A stretch of DNA of 63,179 nt, filler included, from Octopus bimaculoides (lineage: Eukaryota): NCBI RefSeq assembly GCF_001194135.2. It is 10 parts of 8 records of this genome, joined end to end, with 100 filler letters (N's around TTAATTAATTAA, not from the genome) between each part and the next. Parts side by side here need not be neighbours in the genome. Positions count along the whole stretch, not along the records: positions 1 to 19,410 come from NC_068989.1; 9 more parts are not named here. One strand, given 5' to 3'. How positions within the stretch are numbered: the stretch's first letter is position 1; every line of letters starts with the position of its first letter. Made by a program: the position numbers and the translations under genes. The notes below the pieces were generated by a model that worked only from the letters and a program-made list of their open reading frames with translations, had not been told where the DNA came from and ran no database searches. Shown here piece by piece: positions 1 to 11,505 of this stretch.

Positions 1-150
1 ATGACCATTCCGGTTTATATATTTTTTTATTAACAGTGAGGCATAACAAGCTTCGACGTTGACGCTAGGGGACGGATCTGTCTGCTTAGGGTACATTTTT
101 TGAGACAACACCGTCTCCGAGCTCTCGTGACGTAGCTTCTTAAGGCTAGC

Positions 151-181
<31 letters not shown>

Positions 182-228
182 GTTATTATTATTATTAATA
201 ATAATAATTATTATCATTATTATCATTA
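151..228. repeat. (TTA)n/(TAA)n microsatellite
   Basis: Direct: tattattatt... tract. Confidence 0.95.
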
Positions 229-350
229 CGCTGAGTACAATGCTTAGCGGCATTTCTTCCGTCTCTTTACATTCCTGAGTTCAAATTCTCCTTTTGGGTC
301 CGGTAATAGAATTTCCAGCCGAACACCAATGTAATCGACTCATCCCATAT
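229..350 (+). mobile_element. tRNA-derived SINE fragment (family A), internally deleted
   Basis: aatgcttagcggcatttc...ctgagttcaaattc...tgtaatcgactcatccc matches the SINE copies at 41691-41802, 44643-44845 and 61669-61868. Confidence 0.7.
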
Positions 351-2854
351 CTACGTAGCAACTTCCTTGTCTTTCTGTCTAAGCTGTTTAGTTCATCTAC
401 TGTCCATGCGATTACCCCTACTCCACATCTAAGGGGTGAAACAGCCCAGGTGTTGATAGCTTCGATCTTATTCCATCCGTTTAATTTTGACTTTAGGATC
501 AGTGTCAGTCTGCGCAAGTACTCCACCTTAAATTTTCTGTCATTTCTTTCTCCATCAATTTATCCATTTCCAAAATCCCCTAGTACTTACAACACATCTC
601 TTCTATCTGCTTCATAACCTCCCCCAACGGTATCGTTAGCCCATCCATACATTTGATTTAGCCTCACTTCAAGACTAACATACCACACACTCTCAGTATG
701 AACTCCATTCTGATATCAGTACTGAAGGTATACACCGTATCAACGAGAGAAATGACTTGGGCTTCATATTTACCATAAAGTTTGAGGTCATCCATGAAAA
801 ACAAATGGTTGATTTTTGTTGGCGGCTTTTGAATTCATACTCAGCTTTTGCTTTCATCAGAATCAGTGTTAGTGGTATCAAGCACAGTACAAAGATCAGT
901 GGGGTCAGGCAGTCCCCTTGGAAGATGCCCCGCCTAATTTCTACTATCCCTAAACTTCTTCCGTATGCTGTCAGGTCTGTCCTCCAATTCGCCATACTGT
1001 TTCCACGCAATCGCTCAACATTCGATGCAATACCAAATAGGTTCATACACTCCATAATCCAAGAATGTGGGATCATATCGTATTTTTTACGATAGTCGAT
1101 CCATGACATGGCAAAGTTACTTTTCCTCCTCTTGCAGTCTCTGAGTACAGTTTTGCCTATCAGGCATTGATCCTTGGTACCTCTGCACTTACGGTTACAA
1201 CTCTTCTGCTCATGTGGAAGAACTCCATTTTTTCCAGATGTTTGTACATTGACACTACGAGTATTCCAGTCAATAACTTCCGCATAAGAGGCAAACATGA
1301 TATCGGTCTGTAATTGTCTACCGTATTGCCTTTTTCAATGTTTTTCAGGCACACCACTGTCCAACCCAATGTCAATAACTCTGGTATTACTTGGTCGGCA
1401 TTTAACACGATGTTGAGTTGCGCAGCTATTCGAGCATGACATTCACCAAATCTTTTGATCCAGTAGCCTTGAACTCCAACTGGTCCCGGGTCCTTCCAGT
1501 TGCTAATTTGTTTGCTGATTTCCTTCACTTCCCTAACTGAAATGACTAGTTCTGCCTGTTTTGGACAGAGTACTGTTTGTTTCAGTTCTTGCAATCATTC
1601 AGTATCTTTCTTGTGCTCCTTATCTTTGCTCCAGATGTCACTCTAAAATCTTTGACTTTCAGTGTTATCTGGTATCAATTTTTCATTTGTACACTCTCCA
1701 TTTATTTCTATATATAATCTCTACTGATCTACTCGGAATAATCTATTCTGGTGGTAACCCTTCATTCTTTTGTCGTATCTTACCATCTTTTCTTTCTTTG
1801 CAACGAGGCGCTGTTTCAGTTTCTCCACTATTACTTTCAGGCCCTTTCTTTCAATATTATACTTCCTTTTCAGTGCCCTGTATTTTTGTTCGCTTTTAAG
1901 CTCCCCTTTCTCTTTTCGGTCTAACGCAGAGATTTCCTTCGAGAGCATGTCTAACCCTGCCTGGATTCTTCTTTTCCAGCATGGATCTTTTCTTTTGTCA
2001 CTCCCATTATGTTTCTTTTTCTTGACATCAACACCCATGTTTTCTCCTACAACAATAGTTGCTGCCTTGGTCAAATTATTTGTATCTGTGATGTTGTTTG
2101 TTCTGATGTATTTCAGAACTGCATTGACATTTTTCGTTTCTTGGTTCAATTTCCATCGATCAAGCATTTTATGGTTGCAAATAATGTCCCTATCGTTCTC
2201 CTGTAGTCTAACATTTATTCTGTCGTAGATTGCCTTTTGTTCATCTGTCATGTCGCTATTAGTTTTATTGTCTTCTTTTAAATCATCTATACATCTGCCA
2301 TCAAGTAAGCTACCATTGCTCCTTTCCTGTGCTTTGAGATTACTCTTATTAGTAAGAACTGTATTTTCATTGTTATTGCTACTGCTATTTTTCACGACCC
2401 GTCTTTTGATAGCTTCGAGCTCTACTTCCGTGAACCAACAATTTATTCTGATTCCTCTAGTTTGATCACATAGTCTCTGTTCATTGAGCTTAAACAATTC
2501 CATTTCTCTCCGATGATCATACATACGTTTTCGGTACCCACTAAGTTGAGCACCATTTTCATCTACCGGGCTGCTCAGGTAGTAACACTCTATGACCACA
2601 GCATTAATTTGCTTGTTCCATCTACGCCGTGTATGGTGGTCCCTTTCTGCATATCTACAGGCTGGAGCCGGACCAGTAAAGCTTTCCTCTTTTGATTATC
2701 ACAATGTACATTGCGGATCTTCTTGGTTGTTGTCTATCTTGGCTCTATCCAATTAGTCTTTAATGCTTGATCTTGTGCAGCTACTAACAAACCTTCTATC
2801 TCCCTCTTCAGCTTTCCTTTCTGCAAATATAGTCTGACTATTAGTATTTGCTGC
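351..2854 (-). mobile_element. R4/Dong-clade non-LTR retrotransposon, 5' part plus RT, frameshifted and 3'-truncated (no RLE domain)
   Basis: N-terminal VIECYY...GYRKRM...EQRLCDQ; PGPVGVQGYWIK; NYRPISCLP; [13 protein letters not shown]; [16 protein letters not shown]; [13 protein letters not shown] (~780-815); thumb LNGWNKIEAINTWAV...LDRKTRKLL. The 5' boundary is approximate. Confidence 0.9.
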
Positions 2855-3650
2855 AACTAGTTCCTTAATCCGGCTACGGTATACCTCGCAAGTCAAAATA
2901 GATTTGTTCAGCTTCCAGTAGCCGGATCCTCTCTTAACTGTCCTATCTAGGTTCAGCCTACACTTAACCATTCTATGGTCAGTGTAGGACACCTGAACAA
3001 GCTGTGGATAGCTAAAACTATCCTTATCTCTAGTTCTTATCACTATCCTGTCTAAGTAAGGCTTGAACCTTCCACTGCCATTCATCCAGGTCCACTCTGG
3101 AACGTTCGGATGGTCAAGTCTGTAACGATCTGCTAGCAGGAAGCGCTTAAGCAGATATACGACACTTCAGTTCACTTTCCTATCAGTCGAGCCAACGCTA
3201 TCGATGCGTGCGTCAACGATAGCGTTATAGTCTCCTAACACCGCTAATGTCTTCGACGTCACGAGAAAATTCTCCAGGAGCCGATAAAAATTAGTTTGTA
3301 ATCCTCTAGTACAGGGTGCATAGATTCCGATCAACCTGGAGGTCTTACCGCTGTATGTCACATCAAGGACGACTAGCTCGCCTTCAGGGTCCACAGACTG
3401 TACTTGTCTCCAGAGCCAAGGCTTTCTGGATCAGAACCACTACGCCCCCTTGTCCTCCAGTCTGGCCAGGGGACATGATTTTCTCATAGCCATTCAGGAG
3501 AGGCGAGAAGGTTTGTAGACTGTCCAGCTTCGTCTCTCTAGCAACCATCACCTATATATCATGTGATCTGAGGTCGTCGAGGAAACACGCCTGCTTCCAC
3601 TTCAAACTCAGACCACGCACATTTAAACAACCGAGGTTAAGTACGGCCAT
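2855..3650 (-). pseudogene. Tx1/L1-like LINE ORF2, AP-endonuclease domain (degenerate, truncated)
   Basis: ATG at 3650 gives MAVLNLGCLNVRGL...ETKL; LIGIYAP; LGDYNAIVD; YLDRIVI...YTDH; GSGYWKLNKSIL. Confidence 0.88.
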
Positions 3651-3671
3651 TGCTAAAAGTAAAAGTTCTAC

Positions 3672-4293
3672 TTATCTTTCACTGGAGACGTTGGGGCCGA
3701 CTTCACCACATGTAAAGCAGCCCCTTCCTTCTCTACCTTCATCAGATGTTTAGGTAACTCCATAATTCTTCAGATGACTGTAGGATGCCTATCCTTCAAT
3801 TGTCTGTATAGAGTTTCCCCTATTGTGGCGCATCTACTTTGCAGATCTTTATGTTGTGGGTACAATTTTGTTATGTTTTTCGTGTTGTATTAAACTAAAA
3901 AGGTGTTCGTTTCATCTTTTATCGCAGGGTCTGTTTGGCGGGGTCTTTTTTTTATTGTCTGTGGTGCTTCATCCTTATTTTTTGAAGAGGATGTGACTGG
4001 GGAGGGTGCTAATGTACCTTTCGGTAAGAAAGTGAATTCCCCCTCTGATACCTACATAGTATCGCCTGGGGAAGTCGTGTTCTTTCAAACAGGTGCCTCA
4101 CGTTTCAAGGGGGGCGGGTGATTTTGTTTTTGTAGGGGCTTGTGTGTGCAGGGGTTGAGTTTTTCATTATTTTGTTTGGGAACCGGCACGCAGCAGGGGN
4201 NNNNNNNNNNNNNNNNNNNNNNNNNNNNNNNNNNNNNNNNNNNNNNNNNNNNNNNNNNNNNNNNNNNNNNNNNNNNNNNNNNNNNNNNNNNNN

Positions 4294-4360
<67 letters not shown>

Positions 4361-5030
4361 AGTGGGAATATTTTTTACATTTGAAGGGCCTGGTGTTTGC
4401 GTCATGTTCTTTTTACGTTCTTCACAGTCTGCCCGAATGTGGACCTTTTTGCCCCATTCGAAGCACGTGGGTTTTTACCCTCCACTTGTATTTTCAATAT
4501 GATGTTAGCACCCACAAGCACCCTATCTAGAAATATTTCGATGTCTTCCTGAGCCCTCTGAACGATAGCCGAGATACTCTGCCAGAACCAATTCGGGAGG
4601 GGGCAGAGCATGTAATCTGAAGGAACTTGATCTTGTCCGCCCTGTTTTAACAGTGCGGACATTACCTCCTGTTCAACAGGGTGGCCATTTCCTCCCTCGG
4701 GGCCACTTCTAGTGGCACCTCTGACACTTTTACATGGGAAGTACGCCTTCCCATATAGGTTGGCAGAAGTACCACTTCGTTAGTTTTCAGGGGGCTCAGA
4801 GTACCAGCGAGCCATCTATTCTGTCGCAAAACGTACTTCTACGGTGCCGTATGCCTTGATTGACCCTTGCCTTCCCATATTGAGGCAAGACATTTTTCAA
4901 TTTTTTCTTTTTCAAAGTACTTGAAGCGCTTATTTTCTATGCAGTAAGACTTGAACAAGATGGTTTTCCTTTCTGTCTCCTCACTGTTGGAGGAGGGCAA
5001 TATTTCCACACCAGCGTCCTCCTCTTTCAT
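3672..5030 (-). pseudogene. Tx1-like LINE ORF1 with degenerate CCHC zinc knuckles
   Basis: Starts MKEEDAGVEIL; PTCFEWGKKVHIRADC (~4420-4470) and GCFTCGEVG (~3700-3725); stop at 3672-3674, 21 nt before the ORF2 ATG; interrupted by a gap and (GT)n. Confidence 0.7.
4294..4357. repeat. (GT)n microsatellite next to an assembly gap
   Basis: Direct. Confidence 0.95.
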
Positions 5031-5121
5031 TCTTTTAAAATATTCCTGTAGCCTTTCTACAGGAATATCGATATTTTCGATTGCCAGTGCGGCTACCGTC
5101 GAAATTTTTTAACAGTGTTGG

Positions 5122-5164
5122 CACTACTGCCAACAGCAACACTACTGCCAACAGCAACACTACT
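5122..5164. repeat. 18-bp tandem repeat cactactgccaacagcaa x2.4
   Basis: Direct; lies just outside the 5' end of the Tx1 copy. Confidence 0.9.
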
Positions 5165-7525
5165 CTCATCGAGAGTACATTTCTCTTTAATAATTTCGAC
5201 CGACATACTCGGCCGAAATTAATTTAATAAACAGCAATGATAAAGCCTACAACGGCTTTAGCAGATTCAAAAGTTCGAAATAATTCCAATATAATGTGGC
5301 TTCCACTAAAAAAGTGGAAACAAATAATAATTTTTCTTCTTACAGAGGATACAGTTCAAATCCCACCCCCCACAAAGGCTAAATCACATCATGTGATCCG
5401 TTAGAAGTCAAGACAAATGCCAGATGGCCACAAACATTTCACTTTTCGCAGGAAAACCTGGGAATAAACAGTTCAGCAAAGCCTGAAAACATGCAACAGT
5501 TCATAGCAATAATATTTCAGCAATAATTTCAACAATAATTATCAAGGACAGTTACAACAAATGACAGAATTTCAACAGTAGAACGCCAGCTCACGGAGCA
5601 CAAAAAGAAAACACGACCGAAGTCTTCAATCGGAAGCAAGCGTTTTACTACACGCCACGCCTACATATATATNNNNNNNNNNNNNNNNNNNNNNNNNNNN
5701 NNNNNNNNNNNNNNNNNNNNNNNNNNNNNNNNNNNNNNNNNNNNNNNNNNNNNNNNNNNNNNNNNNNNNNNNNNNNNNNNNNNNNNNNNNNNNNNNNNNN
5801 NNNNNNNNNNNNNNNNNNNNNNNNNNNNNNNNNNNNNNNNNNNNNNNNNNNNNNNNNNNNNNNNNNNNNNNNNNNNNNNNNNNNNNNNNNNNNNNNNNNN
5901 NNNNNNNNNNNNNNNNNNNNNNNNNNNNNNNNNNNNNNNNNNNNNNNNNNNNNNNNNNNNNNNNNNNNNNNNNNNNNNNNNNNNNNNNNNNNNNNNNNNN
6001 NNNNNNNNNNNNNNNNNNNNNNNNNNNNNNNNNNNNNNNNNNNNNNNNNNNNNNNNNNNNNNNNNNNNNNNNNNNNNNNNNNNNNNNNNNNNNNNNNNNN
6101 NNNNNNNNNNNNNNNNNNNNNNNNNNNNNNNNNNNNNNNNNNNNNNNNNNNNNNNNNNNNNNNNNNNNNNNNNNNNNNNNNNNNNNNNNNNNNNNNNNNN
6201 NNNNNNNNNNNNNNNNNNNNNNNNNNNNNNNNNNNNNNNNNNNNNNNNNNNNNNNNNNNNNNNNNNNNNNNNNNNNNNNNNNNNNNNNNNNNNNNNNNNN
6301 NNNNNNNNNNNNNNNNNNNNNNNNNNNNNNNNNNNNNNNNNNNNNNNNNNNNNNNNNNNNNNNNNNNNNNNNNNNNNNNNNNNNNNNNNNNNNNNNNNNN
6401 NNNNNNNNNNNNNNNNNNNNNNNNNNNNNNNNNNNNNNNNNNNNNNNNNNNNNNNNNNNNNNNNNNNNNNNNNNNNNNNNNNNNNNNNNNNNNNNNNNNN
6501 NNNNNNNNNNNNNNNNNNNNNNNNNNNNNNNNNNNNNNNNNNNNNNNNNNNNNNNNNNNNNNNNNNNNNNNNNNNNNNNNNNNNNTATATATATATATAT
6601 ATGGCAAATTGCTTTTTGTTTTATATATCATTGCACTGAAGGTTACATAACCTTGCTGCACAGACCCGCCATCTGTAGCGCCTTGAAAGCATGCAATAAA
6701 ATATAACTATAAAAGGAAATATTAAGAACAGTTGTGTATCTATTATTACATAAGAAACTATTAACTGAAAACTTCAACTTCTATATTGCATAGATTACGT
6801 TAACACTTGAACATATTGCGGAGATTACGTTATCGCTTGAACATAGTGCATTATCTTGTAACACGTGAGATATACGTGTAAATATGCAATATCAGCGAAA
6901 ATAACGACAAGAAAGTATGTTTTATTATCTGAGAATTGCCTTTATTTGGCAAGAAATTTCACTAGAGATTCTATTTTGAAAGGAAAATAATCACGCCGCT
7001 AAGAGAATTTTCTCCCGTTAAGTGTTTTTAGTAGAACTTCATTAGTAATCAAATTGAAATTTTTTACACCTCAACAAATAAATTAACAATTTCTTTTTGC
7101 TTCGGTTTATAAATTGCTAAAGTGATACTTGCATGATGCCCATGCTTTAATTTAAACACACGGTCTAGGGTCAAGTGATTTGCCAAACAAACACAACTCG
7201 TACCAGACAACAAACACATCGAGTGACTCTGTAACGTATTGCCTTAAAAAGACATCATATGTTATTTATTATTTCCTCTTAGTAGCTGACCCCATTGTAT
7301 TATGCACGGAATAAGTAATAATTTGCTAAATCTATTTTTCATAATTTACATTGAAATTTATATGGCATATATACAGGAAAAGAAATTAATCCATTTTGAA
7401 ATAAAAGTATCATTTCATAATACAAAATATTTGAAAGTTTATTCCATGTTTTTTTTTTGTTTCTATATAGAATTTTATGTGTAAGGTGATTAAATTAAAA
7501 TAAGCAACAAGGATATCCAGAGGTA

Positions 7526-7614
7526 ATGCTGTACGATCGTTTCATGCAACTCCATTTAATGGAGAAATATAATCATTACATCAATTTAAAATGCAGAGCA
7601 ATCATCAGCTGCAC
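7526..7614 (-). ncRNA. Minimal type I hammerhead ribozyme motif (copy A)
   Basis: GTGCAG-CTGATGA-TTGC..GCAT-GAAA-CGATCG-TA-CAGCAT; palindromic stem III ACGATCGT; predicted GUA cleavage site; one stem I mismatch. Confidence 0.7.
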
Positions 7615-8817
7615 AAAGACATAGAATATAATTAAATTAGAACAAATAGACACATTACTATAATAATACTTAAAATCTTCCAGATGTTTATATATGGAAA
7701 GATTAGTGTACAATTTTGAATGTTCCATAACTTAAATATTAAACTGATACTAGACATCAGTCTTTTACTGATATTAGCTATACAAGTTAAATTAAAAATT
7801 TTTAGTCCAATATATTTTAAATCATCATACTTTTTCTATATAGATCTTCTCTATTGATGTTAATAAGCTAAATATACTTTACCATAGCATTGGTAATTAA
7901 ACTATTTTATTTCTAAGGTATTCTGCCCTAATTGATTATTTTATTTAATTTCTTTATTAATTAATAACTAGCCTTTATCTATTCATAAATAAATTAAGCA
8001 AATCTTTGTATCTCTATTAATTCATAGTTAGCACATATAAAACTATACTGATATATTTACTGCACATAAAAAAAAACTCCTTAGAATGTAATTTTATTTA
8101 TATATAGTTAGAATTTCTCTTACCTCAATACTCCTTTATTAATATCAGTATATACCTATTAATCAATATTCATAGATTACATATGATGAGTTAGTTTTTT
8201 AAGTGTGTAGTATTTATAAATTTTAGACTATTTCTGAATAATTTTCTGTTCTTTTCCTCCCTCTATTGTGGTATAAGTTTGGTATATACTCAAAAGTTTC
8301 CATGAATTTCTATCCTTTTGTTGATATATTCTTATTAATAACCCAATGAATAGCCATAAACTCTGTATACAATATAGCAACATTGTTTTAAAACTTTTAA
8401 CTATAGAACTACATGATAAGACTTCCCCTCTTTCTTTATCAATGGCCTGCTAGTGGGTGACCCCTTAGTTGTCAGCCAACTTCTTGTTTTAAGTTTTCCT
8501 TTACCAAACCTCATGAGTTTATGACTATACCAACCATGATTTCTGTCTGCTCTCTCACCCCTACCCCTAATAGATAATGCCCTTTATTCTCTTAAGCTTT
8601 AGATATACAAGGTTTGATATGATCATCTATAAATCTGAACTAAAAAAACAATTAAAATCAGTAACAGGCAGAGTCTTCTTTGACATTTTATTTATTAGTT
8701 TCCATGGTGTGGCTAAAACAAGATGTTCTCTGTCTGTCTCCCTAACCTCTGGGAGATTTTAGGTATCATTATACTAATGTGTCCATCTGTTCTAATTTAA
8801 TTAAATTCTATGTCTTT

Positions 8818-8906
8818 GTGAAGCTGAAGATTGCTCTGTATTTTAAATTGATGTAATGATTACATCGTTCAATTAAATGGAGTTGCATGAAACGATCGTA
8901 CTGCAT
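8818..8906 (+). ncRNA. Minimal type I hammerhead ribozyme motif (copy B)
   Basis: GTGAAG-CTGAAGA-TTGC..GCAT-GAAA-CGATCG-TA-CTGCAT; palindrome at 8892-8899; predicted cleavage after 8900; one stem I mismatch. Confidence 0.7.
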
Positions 8907-9888
8907 TATCTCTGGATATCCGTGTTGCTTATTTTGATTTTAATCACCTTACTTTGAAAGTGTATGGATAATACCGTACTAAATTCTGGTGCCTAAACTT
9001 AAGAACCATATTCACCTGAATCTAAATTTTGTCTGAACTCATAGAACATTATATTTGTAATAATTTTAAATTTGGGTATACACCTGGAAATATGTCATTT
9101 AAAGCACGCTCATTTTATTCAGGTACTTGATGTTATTGATAGTATGGATATAAGTGCCACTGGATTAACTTTAGGAATTCCTTCGTGTCCGTCGTGTATA
9201 TAACAAAATAAGAGAAAGAGAAAATAGAATTTACGAGATTCTTTATTTATTTCGATCCATCCTACATCGGTCCTCAGGAATAAGATTCTGATTGTGATGC
9301 ATCAGTCAGTACAGATGCCTCTGGCCAGTTATTTATAACACTTTTTGTTATTATGTGTACATTTTATATTGTATTATACACAATATTCTCAAAAAAAAAA
9401 TATTTACATTCAAGCAATGTCTTTTTGTGAATTGCATATTTTCATAAATGGATCGCCTGTGACATCCCATTCACTTAGTGACCGATTGTGCTCAACCAGA
9501 AATCCTTATGTAAGAAAGATCCCAGCTCATCTGCGATGAACATACTAGTGAGCATGTATGAACACTGTAGTAGGAGGATAAATGTCATGTTTGATAAGCT
9601 TTGTCTTGGGCCTTTGATGGCATCTTTGTGTTAAAAAGTAAATTATTACGAAAACAAAAAGAATATTCATTTGTAAATTTCCTATGAAGAAATTTATGAA
9701 TTCAGTGTCATACTATCGTTTACTACTCATACTACTAAATATTTAATCGATGCCTTTTAGACGCGAAAAAACTTAGGTGAAAGAGGATGGGAAGAGAGGA
9801 GGAAGGAGGACAAAGAGAGGGATAGGAAGATGGAAAGAGAGTTGGAGGGGTGACAAACAGAAAATAGTGTTTGACATATTCATATATG

Positions 9889-10422
9889 TACGGGATTCGG
9901 CTGAAAATTTCATAGACTGACCAAGTTATTCTCATGGAATGTGGTTAAATGAGATTTATTTTTCAACATAGTTCTCTTTACCGGTCACATACTTCGTTCA
10001 TCGGTGTTGCAGAGGTTGGAACAATTGGGGAAAAAGATTTCATCTTGTTTGTCAAAAAAGTCATCAACAGAAAATATGACGTCATCGTCATTGCGTTACT
10101 GCTTCCCAGCCAACTGATGAAGCCAACACTCATCCTGGATTAGGAAACGTTCAAGGAAACCAGCTGGATGTGCCACAAGCAATGTCAGATTTTACGGTGA
10201 TGCGATCAGCCTGGTGTTCTTTTGATCAGGTGTCAGACGACGTGGCACCCACCTAGCAGAAACCTTCGTCCTGTCAAGTCCATTGTGCAGAATATTCTGA
10301 ATTCTCTTACGGAATATGTTAATAGCGTTGGCTATTTGATTTATAGTCAACTGCTTATACATTTACATGAAAATTATATAACCTATAAGTTTAGACCATA
10401 CCGCAGTCTTACTACAAACGTA
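9889..10422 (-). mobile_element. Internally deleted mariner remnant
   Basis: Left end ta|cgggattcggctgaaaatttcatagactgac is mariner-TIR-like; minus strand encodes the transposase C-terminus DDVIFSVDDFF...LQHR*TKYV..ENYVEK*; right end degenerate. Confidence 0.7.
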
Positions 10423-10606
10423 TAATTCTCCACAGATTTTATTTACTAAAAATAAACACACAAACACAAACACAGCACCACCACCACCACCACCACCACA
10501 ACCACACACACCACACACACACATACATACATGCATACATGCATACATGCATATATATAGATAAGTATGTGCGTATGTATGTATTATGATTATTAATTAT
10601 TTTAAA

Positions 10607-10741
10607 ATTTCAACGAGGTCGATTTTGCCTTTCATCCTTTTGGGGTCGATAAAATAAGTACCAGTTGCGCACTGGGGTCGATCTAATCGACTAGCCCCCT
10701 CCCACCAAAGTTTCGGGCCTTATGCCTAGCGTAGAAAAGAC
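10607..10741 (+). mobile_element. SINE family A, 3' half
   Basis: gaggtcgattttgcctttcatccttttggggtcgataaaataagtaccagttg...ctggggtcgatctaatcgact. Confidence 0.9.
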
Positions 10742-10779
10742 TATGGTAATTATTTATTTTAAAGTTACGCGCTTTTCCT

Positions 10780-11400
10780 GTTCTCGCTATCTGTGGTCTC
10801 CATTTCGTGCGATAACTTTCCCCTAATTATGTATCTATCTGTCTTTTCTTCCTCCTTATCTTTTAATTGTATTTTTCCATCTACCCCTCTCAGTTAGCCT
10901 TCTTACTTTTCTTATTTTACGCACAGTTCCTTCTATATTTTCCTTTATATCTTTCTCTCTATTTATCTTTCTATCTCTATCTACGTTTCAACTGCCTTTC
11001 TGTTTTTGTTCTTATAGCTTACCTTTCTATTTTCTTCTCTGTCTACCGTGTAACTTAATAACTGTCTCTTTTTTTATTCTACACTCTTCTTTCGTATTTG
11101 TTTATCTCTAACTTTCTATCTATTCCTTTTCTCATTTCGTTCATTCATACTCTTGCTTTTCTCTGTGCGGCTTCCCCGCCTCTTTCTCTATCCCTAATTC
11201 TCTTTCTCTCTCTCTCTTTCTCTCCCAGTCTTTTTCTGACTCTCTGTCCCTCCACACTACGACTTTCTTCCCAACCTTACCAAAAGGTGCCACGTGACCA
11301 CTCTGTTTTTAAATATATCTCTCCTTTTGTCTTGACCATACTCTCGGTCACTTGTATCTTTTCTTTTCAGCTACTGTCTAAGACATAAATTTACTTCTAG
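10780..11400. repeat. CT-rich low-complexity tract
   Basis: Strong pyrimidine bias, no coherent ORF. Confidence 0.75.
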
Positions 11401-11505
11401 ACTATGATTTACCTACGTTTGTTTTGTTTTCCTAAATCTATTTGCCGAGTCCCAAAGAACCATGATATTTTCTCTTTATAACCAGTCCTAGCTAGAACTT
11501 CATTA

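Larger units (their letters stand above)
7481..8952 (-). mobile_element. Penelope-like element remnant with ~210-bp inverted terminal repeats (7481-~7690 and ~8742-8952)
   Basis: Arms about 90% identical by eye (gtaaggtgatta...taatcaccttac). The interior minus strand has weak, correctly ordered PLE motifs: GSPT (~8460), VAILYT (~8375), RIYQQKD (~8325), KYIG (~7810). Confidence 0.6.
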
